From contig JAYWIR010000083.1 of the NCBI GenBank assembly GCA_036172245.1, positions 186,001 through 250,000 of the forward strand: a stretch of 64,000 nucleotides of DNA, read 5' to 3'. Origin of the DNA: Raillietiella orientalis (taxonomy: Eukaryota). Made by a program: the position numbers and the translations under genes. Below the pieces are notes generated by a model. The model was not told the origin of the DNA, searched no databases, and worked only from the letters and a program-made list of their open reading frames with translations. Below are positions 62,101 to 64,000 of this stretch, piece after piece (position 1 is the stretch's first letter; each line of letters begins with the position of its first letter).

Positions 62101-63261
62101 CTGGACCTAGTATCACAGACTTCCATCTTGCCGTGCGCATGCCGTTGTCCTTCTTTCTAAGGACTTGACATCAAAAATGCTTTAGGGCAGCAAGCTCTCA
62201 TCTCCGAAAATCCAGGGTACCTGGCCTGCGGGTCGCGACACAGAGTCTCTCCCCGCCTTCGCAAGCCAGTTCCCTCTCGGAGACCAATCCAACGGTCTTC
62301 TGGCTTTCAGGAAGCGGAAAAGAATGGCGTGGAGTCCTTGTGATTCTTGGAACGAACGAGCCCTTCGACTCTCGCGCTCACGCAGCTTGAGATTTGTGGA
62401 ACCGCGGGAGAAGCTCTGCCGCACCACAGCTTCGCAGCATCTTCTTGCAGCGCAGCTTCAGCTACACAACTGCGAGGTCCGTAGCCGAAGACAAAAAGCT
62501 TACTGGGTCCCCCGGTTCCGATCGCGCTTTGATCGCACCGTCCGACCGTGGAGGGAGGAGGGGGGGAACTTCGGGATGCCAAAGCGCTTGAGGGGACGCG
62601 GAAGCACTTCGCGGCGCCGTGCGTCCCGTGTGGACAGCTTGCCTTTTCGGTGCATCTCTGTGATACAGTCCCCGCGGTGGTCAGGATGGGAAACGGTCAA
62701 GAACCGTCCTGTTTTCTGACCGAACAGGACCGATGCGACCACAGAACCGCAACGGCGGTATAGGTCGCTGTCAAGTCTTTTCCCTGCCGCTCCGCTCAAC
62801 ATCCCTGGTGCTCGTGCAGCAGCTCTCGCTTACCGTGCCTACAGGAAAATGGATCCCTGCGGCTCCAGGTTTCGAAGATATCGAGCGCGCGCAAAACCGA
62901 AAAGGTCGCGTGCGCTGCGAATGTCACAAGCAGCGACCCTAGCCGGCCGACGGTCTCTTTCTCTAGAGCGCTTCGAACGGAAGGTCTCACGTTGTCGCTT
63001 GGGGAATTCGTTTCGAATAGGACCTCCCGAATGGATGTCCAGGGGAGCTTCAATCTACGCAAGGGTACGCAAACGTGGTCCCCGGGTATCGGGAATCACG
63101 TTTTGCGCGGATATCTGTCTCTGTGACGACGGGGAAGCTTTCGTCAGCGTTCCTCCTTTAGCGGAAGTGGTCTCACGTTTCTCCCTTGCAGGTCATCTAC
63201 TTGCTGAAGAGGAGCTTCAACCGGACCTTGGACAGGAGGTTTCCCAACCGCATTCACTCGG
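25739..63261 (+). CDS. Class B1 (secretin-family) GPCR, calcitonin/CGRP/DH31-receptor-like, with extended Cys-rich ectodomain; 11 coding exons in window, 3' end outside window
   Basis: Exons 25739-25786, 29845-30054, 30667-30805, 35484-35609, 35801-35984, 37705-37840, 38249-38408, 45346-45473, 50535-50620, 55855-56035 and 63192-63261 join through GT..AG with matching phases (0,0,1,1,2,0,1,0,2,0, then 1) into a stop-free 1468-nt frame. Motifs: HRM (CPRTWDGWQCW, CP, CTSNGTW, WSNYSTC), TM2 IHRHLF, TM3 NYVWMFNEALYLH, TM4 GWVFP, ECL2 CW, TM5 NIVFLANIVRIL, TM6 LVPLFG, TM7 QGCLVALLFCYCNGEV. Confidence 0.95.
26480..28300 (-). mobile_element. Decayed LINE in GPCR intron 1 (ORF1 knuckle remnants and APE endonuclease)
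   Basis: GIKGKRK..LMAFQES (QET), GGCLVV, ILWPTGSFNSHF (GDFNSH); degenerate Cys/His knuckles near 27860-27980. Confidence 0.55.
28702..28860 (+). mobile_element. Truncated, more decayed copy of the same SINE
   Basis: Shares GGAAG..CGACGC.GAGAAATGGG..GGTGCATCGTGGGTTCC and CGGGTGC with 29004-29095; B box decayed to GGGTGCAAATC. Confidence 0.65.
28938..29197 (+). mobile_element. tRNA-derived SINE
   Basis: Pol III A-box-like TGGCTGTGG (28948) and B box GGATTCGAATCCC (28983-28995), followed by about 200 bp of non-tRNA body and a CACCTTTT/CAACTTT tail. A second copy lies just upstream. Confidence 0.7.
29845..30054 (+). CDS. GPCR exon 2 (IASNHEVQLCRSR...DSCALCYWY...NGSHQ), N-terminal extension
   Basis: tttccAG acceptor; 210 nt open; CAG|GTACGT donor; strong C/G third-position bias; sequons NLT and NGS. 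Confidence 0.85.
30667..30805 (+). CDS. GPCR exon 3 (TWANSSD...WNDCCKSAVDCCRKMMKTRNVS)
   Basis: cttcctcttccAG acceptor; GTGAGT donor at 30806; phase 1 joins exon 4 as T+TC = Phe. Confidence 0.88.
35484..35609 (+). CDS. GPCR exon 4 (HRM domain: GCPRTWDGWQCWDETPAG...CPSYIHF...TCP)
   Basis: Polypyrimidine tract plus gcAG; canonical class B CxxxWDGxxCW motif; GTGAGA donor. Confidence 0.95.
35801..35984 (+). CDS. GPCR exon 5 (HRM end and TM1)
   Basis: ttttttcccttgcAG acceptor; KECTSNGTW..WSNYSTC followed by hydrophobic TM1; GTAAGT donor. Confidence 0.95.
37705..37840 (+). CDS. GPCR exon 6 (ICL1-TM2-ECL1)
   Basis: ttttccAG acceptor; QLQVHRVKIHRHLFASLL; ATG|GTAAGG donor. Confidence 0.93.
38094..38153. 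repeat. Poly(A)-rich tract in intron 6
   Basis: Long A runs interrupted by G. Confidence 0.9.
38249..38408 (+). CDS. GPCR exon 7 (TM3-ICL2-start of TM4)
   Basis: ttttccAG acceptor; NCRLMLILTKYFRGANYVWMFNEALYLH...VGW; G|GTAAGA donor. Confidence 0.95.
39059..39078. repeat. (TG)10 microsatellite
   Basis: Read directly. Confidence 0.95.
39628..39650. repeat. (GCT)7 microsatellite
   Basis: Read directly. Confidence 0.95.
42940..43800 (-). mobile_element. Decayed Tc1/mariner transposase in GPCR intron 7
   Basis: WAAI..VG, KTWL, STLMPPTFTSWG (cf. SPDLNPxDFxLWG) and a terminal helix ending EKARAH (cf. G.H), collinear with DDD/E transposases. Confidence 0.5.
44100..44950 (-). mobile_element. Decayed LINE RT fragment in GPCR intron 7
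   Basis: ARVFSQAEKLG, SQIETFRS (Q.GFR), RHGIL..CLTSF and SGIQS (GVPQGS region) in RT order. Confidence 0.45.
45346..45473 (+). CDS. GPCR exon 8 (TM4-ECL2-start of TM5)
   Basis: tttctctctttccAG acceptor; FPAAPVLIYAIIR..SCW..EWILYAPCLICLL; GTAGGA donor. Confidence 0.93.
45992..46028. repeat. Perfect 15-bp hairpin with 7-nt loop
   Basis: CACTAGCCCTTGGCC-caggtgt-GGCCAAGGGCTAGTG. Confidence 0.9.
46800..48100 (+). mobile_element. Decayed LINE in GPCR intron 8 (ORF1 knuckle and APE endonuclease)
   Basis: NPLQGVRGQGRCNGH (P.QC..CQ..GH), LLWKA (WNA), VFGLQAT (LQET), GVPVALL, LIAGS..AWW (GDFN..WG). Confidence 0.55.
50535..50620 (+). CDS. GPCR exon 9 (TM5 end-ICL3); absent from the ORF track
   Basis: cacttttcAG acceptor; MNIVFLANIVRILLGKLQSSNVKEPAYY; CG|GTGAGT donor; phase 2 fits exon 10. 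Confidence 0.92.
51806..51860. repeat. 17-bp tandem repeat, about 3.2 copies (ACAATTGTTCATTGTTG)
   Basis: Units start at 51806, 51823 and 51840; one substitution in the first unit. Confidence 0.95.
55855..56035 (+). CDS. GPCR exon 10 (TM6-ECL3-TM7)
   Basis: gtttcAG acceptor; KALRAILLLVPLFGVHF...DGLQGCLVALLFCYCNGE; GAG|GTAGGA donor. Confidence 0.95.
56350..57150 (-). mobile_element. Decayed LINE RT fragment in GPCR intron 10
   Basis: RQVSI..EVLEK (RPISL..K.LE) followed by KGFR. Confidence 0.4.
59565..59814. repeat. Long inverted repeat: 97-bp arms (59565-59661 and 59718-59814), 56-bp spacer
   Basis: The arms are reverse complements with one mismatch (gcttggag versus ctcccagc). Confidence 0.97.
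60700..62800 (-). mobile_element. Decayed LINE ORF2 in GPCR intron 10
   Basis: HPD..CITEMH (D..ET), KWI..RRRKR linker, LESFLL, QSGEFRGAHS (Q.GFR..HS), GPQE (GVPQG). Confidence 0.45.
63192..63261 (+). CDS. GPCR exon 11 (helix 8 and start of C-tail, VIYLLKRSFNRTLDRRFPNRIHS)
   Basis: tttctcccttgcAG acceptor; completes the NGE|V motif; G|GTAAGA donor and no stop, so further exon(s) lie beyond. Confidence 0.85.
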
Positions 63262-64000
63262 GTAAGAGGGTGGTTCGACCCCATCAGGAGTTGCCGTCAC
63301 TTTAGGTTCAGGGAACTGCTTCCCGTCAAGCGCTTATGTGTTCAATAACAGGCGACAAACGTCCTCCTCTTACGTCAAGTGCAAGAGCGAAGCGGAGCAC
63401 GTCATGCTGCATCGTGTGAAGGATGCGGACAAAGAGAAAGAGTTCCCTCCAGAGAACGATCCCTGCATGGGAGCCACGAACGAGTGACCGAAAAGAAGGA
63501 AGGATATGAGTAAATAAATCTCTATTTTCTTTGGACTCCTTGTGTTCAGTCAGCCGGCCTGGGGCCGCTCCCGGCGAACTGGGGCTACCCCGGGAGGAAA
63601 CCCCCTCTGGGCGCGCCGCTGCTAGCACTTTCAGCAGCTCGCCCTGGGTGCTCGTTCCCGTGCAGTGCGGACGGGATCAGAAGTCACTGCCTGGACCCGG
63701 GTGTTTTGGAAGCACTCCGAAACGGAATGTTTGCAGCCCGTTCGGTGCACATTTCCAAGTTCTGTGCATCTTTTCGTTAAAAAAGCCACCGGCTTCCGGA
63801 ACAAGTTCCACAGTGCCGCTAGCGTCGGTCAACCTCCTGCCTGACGAGACAACCGATCTTGAGAAGCAGGTGGTTCCCGACTGGGGACAGACGCCGTCAC
63901 ACTTCGATCTACCATGTCACACCTTTACCGAGCGTCCATTGTCGAAATCTGTCCGTCGATGACGTCGGCACGGATCTTCAGCCGTTCAGACCGACCTCGG

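Noticed and set aside
25739..63261. Assigning a specific symbol (DH31-R, hector, CALCR, CALCRL)
   Set aside because: The family is clear but orthology cannot be set without a phylogeny; the extended ectodomain differs from those receptors.
1..64000. CRISPR arrays, operons, rRNA genes or other prokaryotic systems
   Set aside because: No regularly spaced repeat-spacer array or dense gene packing; spliceosomal introns, a NUMT and LINE/SINE fossils show the DNA is eukaryotic.

Overview
Eukaryotic invertebrate (probably arthropod) genomic DNA with no prokaryotic features. Almost all ORFs in the supplied track are chance ORFs in GC-rich non-coding DNA. The one intact gene I can reconstruct is a + strand class B1 (secretin/calcitonin-receptor-like) GPCR. 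It has 11 coding exons from 25739 to 63261, all with GT-AG junctions in consistent phase, giving 489 codons, and it continues beyond the window. The protein has a signal peptide, an extra Cys-rich N-terminal module ahead of the hormone-receptor (HRM) domain, seven TM helices, and Ile in place of the usually conserved TM6 Thr. Upstream lie a CpG-rich promoter-like block with CRE sites, a decayed RFC1 copy that appears to retain short introns, and a mitochondrial ND2 insertion (NUMT). Intergenic and intronic DNA is rich in heavily decayed LINE fossils, plus a Tc1/mariner remnant, tRNA-derived SINEs, microsatellites and a near-perfect 97-bp inverted repeat in intron 10. All homology calls are by-eye motif recognition; no database searches were run. 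TE boundaries are approximate.
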